Origin: Octopus vulgaris
Taxonomy: Eukaryota
DNA length: 64,000 bases
Direction of reading: 5' to 3'
Assembly (NCBI GenBank): GCA_951406725.2
Contig: OX597831.1
Location: 30,008,001-30,072,000, forward strand
Shown one piece after another: positions 1 to 11,748 of this stretch. The position numbers were made by a program, and so were the translations under genes. Below the pieces are notes generated by a model, which worked only from the letters and a program-made list of their open reading frames with translations, made no database searches and was not told the DNA's origin. Every line of letters begins with the position of its first letter. The first letter of the stretch is position 1.

Positions 1-481
1 CTATCTCAGTATTACATGTTAAAAGTGAAACAAAAATATTTCTCTATTTTGTGTCAGATGCTTTCACTTTAACAATAAAAATAATAATAACAATTGAATT
101 ATATGTAGTAATTAATAATTAAAATCAAACTAAAGTATAATATAAGTAAAAATAGCAATTGATATAAAATTGCATCAATAATTTGAACTTGAATAAGTGG
201 TTTCACATGAATGGGAATTAAATTAAAAATAAAATTAGCATGCAGAAAGGGAATAGTCCAGATGGATAATAAAAAATTAAATTAAAGAAAAGACTATTGT
301 CTACAAAGTATACAATGTAGAGAAAAAAGAAGAGCTAACAATTCCAGTCTGTTATATATTTTGAGTATTGTTATCACTAGCGATATCAAGATATAACTTT
401 GTATTTTGCATTTTATGTGTAGATGTATATATATAGATGTACATGTAATATGTACACATATATATACACATATATACATGC

Positions 482-523
482 ACTAGCACTATGACCCGGT
501 AACGATGGGTCTTTAATGCTAGT
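482..523. mobile_element. Helitron/Helentron-like terminal hairpin module
   Basis: ACTAGC...GACCCG-gtaacga-TGGGTC...GCTAGT: a GC hairpin just before CTAG-T, resembling the 3' end of the Helitron at 35176-35203; the element body could not be delimited. Confidence 0.4.
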
Positions 524-954
524 ACTATATAAAGTTAGAAAAAAAAATGGGGGTGATGACAGAAATGTAGCTCTCCTGATAGGGGATGGCCTCTATGGAT
601 AACCAAGGAACCCCACTGTCAAAGATGTCCCTGAACACCAAGAACAAGTGATCCTTGCAGTTAATTCCCTTCGTTTGCCACCAGGGTGAAGGGTGTGATG
701 GACAACATAAAGACAATATAAAAGGGTTTATATACAATGAAATGAAAAAGAAAAACAAACAAATGAGAAAGTATACATGGTGTACAGAGAAGGGAAATAT
801 GTATATATTTAGTATACAAGAGTGAAAAGAAAAAAGGGGGGGTGAAAATAAAGGATGATAGTGATGGGGTCCTCCTTTCTAGTGGGCACAAGGCTTGAAA
901 TCTGGTAGGAGAGAGGGAGCAAGTTAAATACATTGAGCCCAGAGTTCAGCGCAT

Positions 955-1020
955 AGGAGTGGGACTGAACCAGGAACCATGTGGTTGGTAATCAAGCTAC
1001 TTACCTCACAGCCACTCCTA
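955..1020 (-). mobile_element. SINE family A, 5' head fragment
   Basis: gtgggactgaaccaggaaccatgtggttggt...cacagccactcct matches the reverse complement of the head of full copies such as 48767-49200. Confidence 0.8.
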
Positions 1021-1048
1021 TGTGTATGTGTGTGTGTTTATGTATACA

Positions 1049-1100
<52 letters not shown>

Positions 1101-1136
1101 ACTATGTATGTATGTATGTATGTATGTATACATGTC

Positions 1137-1167
<31 letters not shown>

Positions 1168-1189
1168 ATACATGTCTATAAGTATATAT

Positions 1190-1222
<33 letters not shown>

Positions 1223-1229
<7 letters not shown>

Positions 1230-1341
1230 AAATACGAGAGAGCCAACTTTGAATATGTTAACTCTAGTGCTTCCACCGGTGGAGCTATTTCTAGCACTAG
1301 AGTTTACATATTCAAAGTTGGCTCTCTCATATTTACGGATA
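1223..1341. repeat. Fold-back inverted repeat (49-bp arms) next to (TA)n
   Basis: 1223-1271 is the reverse complement of 1293-1341 (about 2 mismatches); the spacer holds the palindrome TCCACCGGTGGA. Confidence 0.9.
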
Positions 1342-1510
1342 AATATGAATTTATCCCCGGTTTATTGTGCTAGGTCGCTCGGTGTTAAAATAAGGGTATT
1401 ATTGAATTAATATCTATAATTTTATTCACCCTCATTATTGAATGTATATATATATATATATATATATAGTAACAATAATCCTCGGATGGAATTTATAGAT
1501 ATCTTGATGC

Positions 1511-1633
1511 ATCGCTACGTGCGTTTCAACAAATTACATGACTCTTAAGATCATAGACCATATTTCTGGTGTAGTCTGTAGTATCCGTGGGCATCAGGTT
1601 GATTATCTTCATGAATTCATTTCTTCAGGCAAT
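1511..1633 (-). ncRNA. Type-I hammerhead ribozyme motif with long stem II
   Basis: Minus strand: ATTGC-CTGAAGA-aatgaattcatga...tcatgtaatttgtt-GAAA-CGCACG-TA-GCGAT. Stem I, stem II and the core are present; cleavage triplet GUA. Confidence 0.7.
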
Positions 1634-1809
1634 ATACCATTAATGAATGCTTAACAGGGGGATGTTTACCCCTTTTGATCAGTACAAAGGTTAATTGAGT
1701 TATATGGGTATTTGGTGGGGACGAGGGGAACGTGATGTAAAGAGAGGAATGAACGGTAGTTACATGGGGATGGTGGTGTGTGTGGTGATGGGGAACTTAT
1801 TTTTGCTAT

Positions 1810-2428
1810 TCAGTCTACAGATGTCAAGGATGAGTCATACATCTCTTTCAAGGTATGACTATCTTCAATGAACTCCATTCAGGAAAATGCGATGGTTTGG
1901 CCACATTATCCAAATGGCAGATGAACGCACACTCAAACAGTTGTATCATGACGAACTAGCAAAAGGGAAACGTGATCAGTGTAAACCTAAAAAGAGGTTT
2001 AAGGACGGACTGCATAAGGACTAATACAAAGTGGATCCAAAAGCTTTGGGGTCAAGCTGGACAGCAAACAAAAGCGGAGTGGAGTGAAAGTTTTTGAAGA
2101 AACCAGGATGACCCTTGTAAAACGCAAAAGAAATTTAAAGAAAAATGTTATTATCAATGAGAAAATGAATCCCAACAAGCTTTTTGTGTGCAGAAATTGT
2201 GACAGACCATGCCTTTCTTTTGCTGGACTCAAATCTCATTTGCAGACCCATGAAAAACGAACCTCCACCTACTACTCTACTTATATATCTGGGGACTCTT
2301 GTTAATGCCGTGTATGCCATAAGGTTTGCAAATCAAATGGAGGCCCCAAAAGACATTTCAAGATGCACAAAGATCAGAATTTTACTGCAGTTCTTGATGG
2401 TCTGAAGCAGATATGTAATTTATGTGGA
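1810..2428 (+). pseudogene. RTE-clade (BovB-like) LINE ORF C-terminal fragment with C2H2 fingers, frameshifted
   Basis: Translates KMRWFGHIIQMADERTLKQLYHDELAKGKRDQCKPKKRFKD (typical RTE post-RT motif), then FVCRNCDRPCLSFAGLKSHLQTH, a stop, and CRVCHKVCKSNGGPKRHFKMH. Confidence 0.85.
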
Positions 2429-2672
2429 TCATCAACATCATCATCATTTAATGTCCATTTTCCATCCTAGCATGGGTTGGACGGTTTGACCGGGGTCTGG
2501 TAAGTCATGGAGGCTGCACCAGGCTCTAGTCTGATTTGGCAGTGTTTCTACAGCTGGATGCCTTTCCTAACGCCAACCACTCCGTGAGTGTAGTGGGTGT
2601 TTTTTTACATGCCACCAGGCACAGGGGCCAGAGCAGGCTGGCAAACGGCTGGTGCTTTTACGTGTCACCGAC
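2428..2672 (-). mobile_element. RTE-derived 3' tail repeat (family B)
   Basis: (CAT)n tail + ttccatcctagcatgggttggacg...ggatgcctttcctaacgccaaccactcc, shared with many copies in the window. Confidence 0.85.
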
Positions 2673-3164
2673 GTGGATGTCCTTTCAAAATATTATCTGG
2701 TTTAAAAAGCCATATCAGACACCATGATAATCTAAGGTGTACAAGAGGTAGTTAAACTCTATATATAGGTTTTCCTTAATATCTTTGTATGGAACTTCAC
2801 TTAGACTATTATAGAAAACACATGCCAGAAATGGTGTGCAGTAGAATGGAACCAAATAACACCCAGTTATTAGGTGAACTTCTTAAAATTAATAATGCAT
2901 TAACAGTGGTACTGACATGGTTTGGTTATCTATCAATCCGAGACTAAAGAGACCCATTAGATGTCATAAAGATATGACCATTTCGTCATCAGACACAGTG
3001 TGGCTGGGAATACATTATCCAATGTATTCTTCCGTTTTTGTTTTTTTTTAAATGTGACTGCTTAAACGTGTAGGAAGGATGGCTGGAGCAGAACCATTGA
3101 GGAAGTTTTATGCATGCTATATTAAAAATATGACATACTTTGTATTATATACACTAGATACACT

Positions 3165-3300
3165 GGTGTGGCTGTGTGGGAAAAAGCTTGCTCCCCAACC
3201 ACCTGGTTCTGGGTTCAGTCCTGCTCTACTTTAGCCTTGGGCTGACCAAAGCCTTGTGAGTGAATTTGGTAAAGGGAAAATGAAAGAAGCCCGTCGTATA
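3165..3300 (+). mobile_element. SINE family A, partial
   Basis: gtggctgtgtgg...gggttcagtcc...aagccttgtgagtg...aaagaagcccgtcg. Confidence 0.8.
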
Positions 3301-3597
3301 TATAGATATGTATGTGTGTGTATACATATGCATATACATATTTGTGTATGTATATATATATTACTCTTTTACTCTTTTACTCATTTCAGCAATGCGGCTG
3401 TGGTCATGCTGGAGCACCACCATGGTCTTGCAGCTTTTCTCAGTCTGGGTATTTCACATCACCATATATACTTACATAGAAATATGTGTGTGTGTGTATA
3501 TATATATAGGTAAATGTAAAAAAACACAAACTGGGACAAGAACACAAAACATTTAGAAGACGATATATATATAGATAGATAGATAGATATAGATATG

Positions 3598-3644
<47 letters not shown>

Positions 3645-3669
3645 AGGTTTGGAGATGATGTACAGGTAT

Positions 3670-3949
3670 TATATATTAGAAGAAATGAGGTAATCAGAAG
3701 ATCGGATGGTTCATATTTACAGATATTTATTTATATATTACATTTTTTACATATATATCATATCATTCAGATCATTAGCGCTTTCTCCCATTCTAGTGGG
3801 GTTTTCAAATCAAAAATGATTTGAAAACCCCACTAGAATGGGAGAAAGTGCTAATGATCTGAATGATATGATATATATATGTAAAAAATGTAATATATAA
3901 ATAAATATCTGTAAATATGAACCATCCGATCTTCTGATTACCTCATTTC

Positions 3950-3961
<12 letters not shown>
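3670..3961. repeat. Near-perfect palindrome, ~143-bp arms with 4-nt loop, between (TA)n tracts
   Basis: 3670-3812 is the reverse complement of 3817-3961 (one substitution, one TA indel); loop AAAA. Confidence 0.95.
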
Positions 3962-4009
<48 letters not shown>

Positions 4010-4706
4010 CTAAGAATACAGATGTATATAAACTAGGTGTAGTTCCAAGAGACCAGATTTCCTTTAATTTCTAAAAGGATACCAAAAATACATTCCTGTT
4101 GAAAACACAAATATCTGAAGTGGAGGAGGCATTGTTATAACATGCTGGGCCCTTTGTATGAAATACAAAATATAGGGGATATTCCCCAGAGACACATTGA
4201 TGCAACTGGAAGTAGTTATAGCAATAAGACGTTCATAAAAACTAAAGATTGTTTAGGTGTTACAATGACACATATTGGAACTGGAAAAGTATGTCGGCAG
4301 CAGGCAGTGACCCTAATTGAAGAATACCACAAGAATTCATGACATGAAGATAACTACCTCAGATCAGATGATTACCAATGTGGGAATAGCTATATATGTA
4401 TGTGGTAGCACCACCTGCTAGAGGGAGAAGTCAAATAACCCTCAAAGAATATTCTGACCATATCAACAAGGGACACATTGGATAATATAGTTCTAGATAC
4501 ACAATTCCTGAAAGAAAGATTGGATGGTTATCATAGCTGGAATGTCTTTGGTCATAGTCTGCTCAGTCAGTGTTGAAATGAAAGCTAAACATCAACAACA
4601 ACAACAACAGCAGCAGCAGCAGCAACAATAACAACAACCGTTAGAATCCTGAATACATTTTAACTAAAGATACATTTATATCCAAACTAAGAATGGTAAA
4701 ACTACA

Positions 4707-4739
<33 letters not shown>

Positions 4740-5719
4740 TAGACAGACATGCAGGCAAGGCAAACAGACAGGCAGACAGACAGACTGACAGACACGCAGG
4801 CAAGGCAAACAGACAGGCTGACAGACAGACTGACAGATATGCAGGCAGGCAGAGATTTCCAAGAAAGCTAAAATGCAGAAGTTCAGACAGTTTGTGCGAT
4901 CACACATGTTTACACACACAAAAACGAAGTATCGTTTTACAGCTGAGAGATTCTTATCGTTAAGAAATACACCAAAAATAGCTTTCTTGGGTCACATTTT
5001 CTAACTGGAAGTGCCATGAGAACAACAACAACAACAACAACTTTGGGATAAGGAGTTCATGAAAATAAAGGTTTATATTTTAGGGGATTCTGTTGTTGTT
5101 GTTGTTGAAGTTATACAAATCAAAACTAGAAGAGAAATACTTGTCAAAGAGTGGTGGTGGTGACGGTGGCGGTGGGCTCCAACAAGCAAGGAAGGAGTAA
5201 AGAATTGCACAAGACTTAGTTATTGAGTAGAGGAGAAGATAAAAGAGAAATATTTGAAACAGAATGGGAATGCTTCTGAGGACAGGATCCTGTTTATAAA
5301 TTTTAAATTATGGAGGATTTCTACAGAAAGGGACAAAATATTTCCCCAAGGGGGCAGAGAGAAAGAGAAAGAGAGAGAGAGAGAAAGTTGCTTACCTTTT
5401 CAATCTAATCCCACAGTAAAAATACCAGCTTAGCCTCTCTCTTTCTCTTTCCCCGTCTCTTTCTAACTCTCTCTCTCTCTTAATTCTTCTATATTTCTAT
5501 CTCTCTCTCTTTCTATCTCTCATTCTAACTTTCTCTCTCTCTCTCTTCCTCTCACTTCCCATTCTCGCTCTCTCAAGTACTAAACTCGACTGCTTGTATA
5601 CCAAAGATAACTAACTTCACAAGCAATTGATACAAAAAAAAAAGTAAGTACTAAAGCCAACAACAACAACAACAGCAACAACAACAAACCCTGTCTTGTC
5701 GTCACTCAGCATAATTACC

Positions 5720-7240
5720 AGTACTGTGTGAGTTTTAATGTGTGTGTATGTAGGTGTATGTCTATGTAAGCGTGTGTGTGTGAGTGTGTGAAAGTGTGGT
5801 TGATAAATACATACATTGTGTGTGTATGTGTGTGTGTGTGTGTGTGTAGACAAATACATGGAGATGTACTTATAAAAGTAAATACACAGATATATATATA
5901 TACATGTATGTATGTATGTATGTACGTATGTATGTATGTATGTATGTATGATGTATGTATGTGTGTATGTATGTATGTATGTATGTATGTATGTGTATGT
6001 ATGTATGTATGTATGTATGTATGTATGTATGTATGTATGTGTGTGTGCGTATGTATATATGTTTGTGTGTGTGTGTATGTTTGTGTTTCTAGTTAATTAT
6101 CTTCATTTGTGTCACATCTACAGTAAAAATTCAAACCTGTTTCATATTTCCAATCCTAAATATTACACACACACACACACACACATATACACTTGCACAT
6201 GCACACACACATTCACATACTCACACACACACACACACACACACACATAAATACACACATGTACATGTACATGCACACACTCACATACAGACACAAGCAT
6301 CATATGCACACACACATACGCACTCACATCACACCCACACACATACATACACATACACATACAAACAGACCCATACACTCACACACATATGCATGAACAC
6401 ACACTTACACACACACACATCCACAAACATGTTCGTTTGCACACACCCACAGTCGCAGACACACCCACGCACACAACCAGTGTACACACATACACACTAT
6501 CACACAAACATGCACACACACACACACTTATTTCCAATCCTAAATATTACACACACACACATACACATGTACATGCACACATACATTCACACACTCACAC
6601 ACACAAATACACACATGTACATGCACGTGCACACATACACACTCACATCACACACACATGTACATACACACACATACACACAGACCCATACACTCACACA
6701 CATAAACATGCACACACACTCACACATTCATCCACAAACATGTTCGTTTGCTCACACCCAGTCACAGACACACCCACACACACAACCACAATGTACACAC
6801 ATACACACTATCACACAAACATGCACACACACACACAAACATCCACAAACATGTTCGTTTGCACACACCCACAGTCACAGACACCCACCCACACACACAA
6901 CCACAGTGTACACACATACACACACACATGCATGTACACACACATGCACACACTCACACACAGACATGCACATATGCACACATATACACATATGCACTCA
7001 TATCACACACACAGACACACATACATACACATAAACGCAGACTCATACACTCACACACATGCATGCACACACACACACACTCACACATCCACAAGCATGT
7101 TCGTTTGCACACACCCACAGTCACAGACACACCCTCACACGCAACCACAGTGCACACACATACACACTATCACACACATACACACACACACACACACACA
7201 CTCACACACTCATTCATGCACGCATACAAACATGTGTGTT
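5720..7240. repeat. Compound (TG)/(TATG)/(CA) microsatellite region with higher-order duplicated units
   Basis: Unit atccacaaacatgttcgtttgcacacacccacagtcacagacacaccc at ~6419, 6729, 6841, 7087; tatttccaatcctaaatattacac at ~6145 and ~6529. Confidence 0.85.
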
Positions 7241-7409
7241 AGTAGCCCAGATCATTTCATTTAACCATTGATTCTCAACCAGGGGCCATACCAGATTTTG
7301 TTGTTAAAATTTACATGGAATAAATTGGCTACACTTGTACAATATTATAACAGTTTTTTTTTTAATACAGTTCCCAATAATATTTAATTATAATAAAGGT
7401 AGATGGGGA

Positions 7410-7765
7410 TGGGCATGGCTGTGTGGTAAGACACTTCCTTCCCAACCACAAGGTTTTGGTTTCAGTTCCACTACATGGCATCTTGGGCAACTATAGCCTC
7501 GGGCCGACCAAAACCTTGTGAGTGGATTTGGTAGACAGAAACAGCCGTGTATATATTCGTTTATTTGTTTCAGTCATTTGACTGCGGCCATGCTGGAGTA
7601 CTGCCTTTAGTCAAACAAATCGACCCTAGGACTTATTCTTTGTTAGCCAAGTTCTTATTCTATCGGTCTCTTTTGCTGAACCACTAAGTTACAGAGATGT
7701 AAACACACCAACATCGGTTGTCAAGTAATGTTGGGGGGAACAAACACAGACACACACACCTATAT

Positions 7766-7790
<25 letters not shown>
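7410..7790. mobile_element. Two SINE family A fragments (+ strand head 7410-7550; - strand 3' half 7556-7790)
   Basis: Match to family A consensus segments in opposite orientations. Confidence 0.8.
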
Positions 7791-7799
<9 letters not shown>

Positions 7800-7801
<2 letters not shown>

Positions 7802-8025
7802 CGTTGCCAGTACCGCGGGCGAGGTCGTTGCCAGCACTGCCTGACTGGCCACCGTGCTGGTGGCATGTAAAAAGCACCCACTACACTCTCGGAGTGGTTG
7901 GCGTTAGGAAGGGCATCCAGCTGTAGAAACTCTGCCAGATCAAGATTGGAGCCTGGTGCAGCCCTCAGTCAAAATCGTCCAACCCATGCTAGCATGGAAA
8001 GCGGATATTAAACGATGATGATGAT
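7800..8025 (+). mobile_element. RTE-derived 3' tail repeat (family B)
   Basis: ggtggcatgtaaaaagcacccactacactctcggagtggttggcgttaggaagggcatcc...gcatggaaagcgg...(GAT)n. Confidence 0.85.
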
Positions 8026-8557
8026 ATATATATATATATATATCAGCGAAATTGTGAGGATAATCTGTTGCTTGACTGAAGAAAGAAAACTTGCAGGAAC
8101 CAAGCCAAAGCAGACTGAAACCTGGTACAGCTCTCTAGCTTACCAGTTCCAGTTAAGCCATCTAACCCATACCAGCATGGAAAAACGGATGTTAAATGAT
8201 AATGGTGATGAGGCTGAAAGATATATATATTATTATGTAATTCAAACAATGATAGATTAAATTTAAATTTAATTGTAATTCGAATTGAAGTTATAGCAAC
8301 GAAACGTACATAGGCTTTTTACTTATTATATATTGTTTATTCATTTTTTTGTACTTTTTGTGAACTAGGTAAATGTTTTATAATATATTTTATTTTCTCT
8401 ATATGGTATGTTTTACGTCTGTCATTGTCTGAATTACTTAATAGTGGTTTTTCTCTATTTATATTGTAAAATTTGATTTAATACTAAATTGAATTTTTCC
8501 CTGTAAGTTTGGAGTTATACTCCCTAATATTATTATTATTTATTGTTATTATTATTA

Positions 8558-8596
<39 letters not shown>

Positions 8597-9217
8597 ATTA
8601 TATATATATCATCATCATATATATCGTTTATATATAGCATGGGTTGGACGTTCAATATCATATATATACGGCTATAACGCAACCACTTCGTAGTGTAGTG
8701 GGTGCTTTATGCCACCCGCACAGGTATGGCAAACGGGCATGAACGGATGGTGCTTTTATGTGCCACCGGCACGGGGCCAGGCGGGGAGGGCATGAGAAGA
8801 TTTTGGCTCCTTCTTATATATGTGTGTGTGTGTGTGCGTACATGTGTATTTATATACTTGTCCAAGTATGTGTGTAGTGTATACAAATGTATATATATAT
8901 ACATATATATATGTATGTATATATGTATGTATATATATGTATATAAATATATATACACACACACACATACATATGTGTGTCTTTGTGTCTGTGTTTGTCT
9001 AGCCACCATCACCTGACAACTGGTGTTGGTGTGTTTACATCCCTGTAACTTAACAGTTCAGCAAAAAGACAGAATAAGCACCAGGCTTGCAAAGAATAGA
9101 TTTTTTTCGACTTAAAGGCAGTGTCCCAGCATGGCCACAGTCAATTGACTGAAACAAGTAATAGAATAAAATAATATATATCTACACATATATGAACGTA
9201 TGTATACACACACACAC

Positions 9218-9256
<39 letters not shown>

Positions 9257-9680
9257 GTCTAGAAAGCCAGATTGAGATGTAATAATGTGGGAATTTGTGA
9301 GCAGAGTTATTTTTAAACAACAATAGAAGCAACAACAACAACAATGGAGGGGATTAGGGCGGGGGGGGAGCATGAGAAGATTTTTGGCTCCTCCTTATAC
9401 GAGTTTTGTTTTTGTCTGCATGTGTGTGTGTATGTATCTGTGTGTGTGTGTGTGTGCGTACATGTGTATTTGTAAGTACTTGTCCAAGTAGATGTGTGTA
9501 AGTGTATACAAATGTATGTGTATATCCATGTAGGTATAAGCATGTGAATATAAGTGTTTGTGTGTGTGTGTGTAATGATATGTGTGTGTTTATGTGTTTG
9601 TGTGTCAATTAGTGCTTGTATGTGTATGCGTAAGTATATGTAAGTTTTAAGAATGCATCAATATATGTGTGCTATGTGGA

Positions 9681-9712
<32 letters not shown>

Positions 9713-9979
9713 ATTATCAGTGCCTACGTGTGTGTGAATGTAAAAGTCAATATGTTTGCATATGTGTTTATGCGTTTGTGTCAGTGGTTGTATGTGTGTA
9801 AGTATACGTGTGTATTATTGTATGTGCTTATGTGTGTTCAGGTGTGTGTGTGTGAGTGTGAAAGTATGCATGTATGTATCTGTGTATATAAATGTGTGTT
9901 TTGTGCCTGTGATGGTGCTTATGTATGTGTAAGCATATATGTGTGTATGTATGTCTGTATGTTTATCTTTGATGGTACT

Positions 9980-10021
<42 letters not shown>

Positions 10022-11036
10022 GAGATATGTGTGTATGTGTGTGTACGTGTGTGCATGTAATTTGTATTTTAATAACACATGTTATCAGTCGAGCACCCCC
10101 ACTGGTAATTATTGTTGGCAGCAGTGGTAGTAGCAGCAGCAGCAGCAGTGGTAGGAGTTGTAGTAGTGGTGATGGTGGTGGTGGTGGCAGTAGTAGTAAT
10201 AGTAGTAGTAGTAGTGGCAACAGCACTAAATGCACCAGTGTAAAGAATTTTTCAAGTCTGGGGAGAGAATACTTGAAGACGGTAGTTGGCAGCAGCAGCA
10301 GCAACAACAACAAAAACAGTAACAAAGTAAAGAAAATTGAGTTGCTTGAGGAGGGGGAGGAAGAGGTGGAGAAGACGTGCAAAGCAGAATAAGCTATATA
10401 TACATATATACACACATACATACATACATACATATATATATATTTATATATGCACACATATATTTTTGTACATATACATACACATATATGCAGACACATA
10501 CACACATATATATATACATACATATACATCTATATTTATATATATACATATACACACACACACACACACATATATATATATGAATATATACACATATATT
10601 TTTGTACATATATACACATATGCATACACACACACACACACACACACAGATATATATATATATATACACATGCACACACAGATGCTCTGATGAGCATAGG
10701 GTTATATAATCGGATTGTTACCTAACACTCTGTTGTACACCTAGCGCGAAACCAATGGAGAACATTGGCCATGATGGATATATAATGTTATACAGATATT
10801 TATATGTATGTTACAGTATCATAATATTGACCAAACAATTGGAACATGTTATACATCACTGGTCACAATGTGCTTCATGTTGTTTTAACTTTCAAATGAT
10901 GCCATCCCACTGGCTAAGCAAGCAGGCCAACATTCTCCTTGGTTGGAAGGCTTTTCCACCACAAAGCTACCCATTTACATGTATACACATATATATAAAC
11001 ATCTATATGTGTGTGTATATATATATACATTCAAAA

Positions 11037-11231
11037 TGTGACAGCGTTTGTACCGTTGGCGATTTTTTTTCCTCTGTCTTCCCTTCTCTGGACCTTTCCT
11101 TCTCCTATGTTTCCGACAAAGAGCTCCGCTCGAAACGTTAAACCCTCCTTCTTTCCTGAGCATCCAATAATACTATATTCATTCCACGTCCTCATGTCAT
11201 TGGGGTTTTTTTCGTGCTTTCTTGTTTGGAT

Positions 11232-11279
<48 letters not shown>

Positions 11280-11473
11280 ACCACATGTGTATCGTTGGCG
11301 ATTTTCTTTCTCCGTCTTCCCTTCTTTGGACTTTTTTCTATATTCCTGATGAAGAGCTCCGCTTGAAATGTGAAATCCTCTTTCTTTTCTTTCTTTTACT
11401 GAGCGTCCAATAACACAGTACTTGTACCACGCACTCGCATTGTTTTTTCTTGCTTGTTCTTCGTTGGATTCAC
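11037..11473 (+). mobile_element. Two tandem ~200-bp elements, each with a minimal hammerhead motif, separated by (TA)n
   Basis: 11037-11235 and 11275-11473 are homologous. Cores: GTTT-CCGACAA-agagctccgctc-GAAA-CG-TT-AAAC (11109-11143) and attc-CTGATGA-agagctccgctt-GAAA-tg-tg-aaat (11342-11376). Confidence 0.7.
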
Positions 11474-11489
11474 TATATATGTATATATA

Positions 11490-11521
<32 letters not shown>

Positions 11522-11748
11522 CATGCGGGTGTATATGATTGTGTATAGAAGAATATATTACTCAAAAAAATTGCAACTTTATTTGATTTTCTCATTTTAT
11601 TTACAATCTTATGATAATACAAGATAATAAAATATAATGAAACAATAGAATATTGAATATCCATTCTGATTGAACTACTGCTTACAATGCATTAAACTAA
11701 GTAATCTTCATATTCATGTAGTAGTGGTGACAGTTATGTTTCACAATT

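Noticed and set aside
2084-2305. Host C2H2 zinc-finger gene
   Set aside because: The fingers directly follow an RTE post-RT motif, lack TGEKP linkers and are interrupted by a stop; this is a LINE relic.
5586-5615. miR-9-like sequence on minus (TCTTTGGTATACAAGCAGTCGA)
   Set aside because: The seed matches but there is no complementary 3' arm or hairpin, and the 3' half diverges.
10681-10775. Hammerhead (CTGATGA...GAAA-CCAATG/CATTGG)
   Set aside because: The cleavage site reads CC and stem I does not pair; counted only as a relic.
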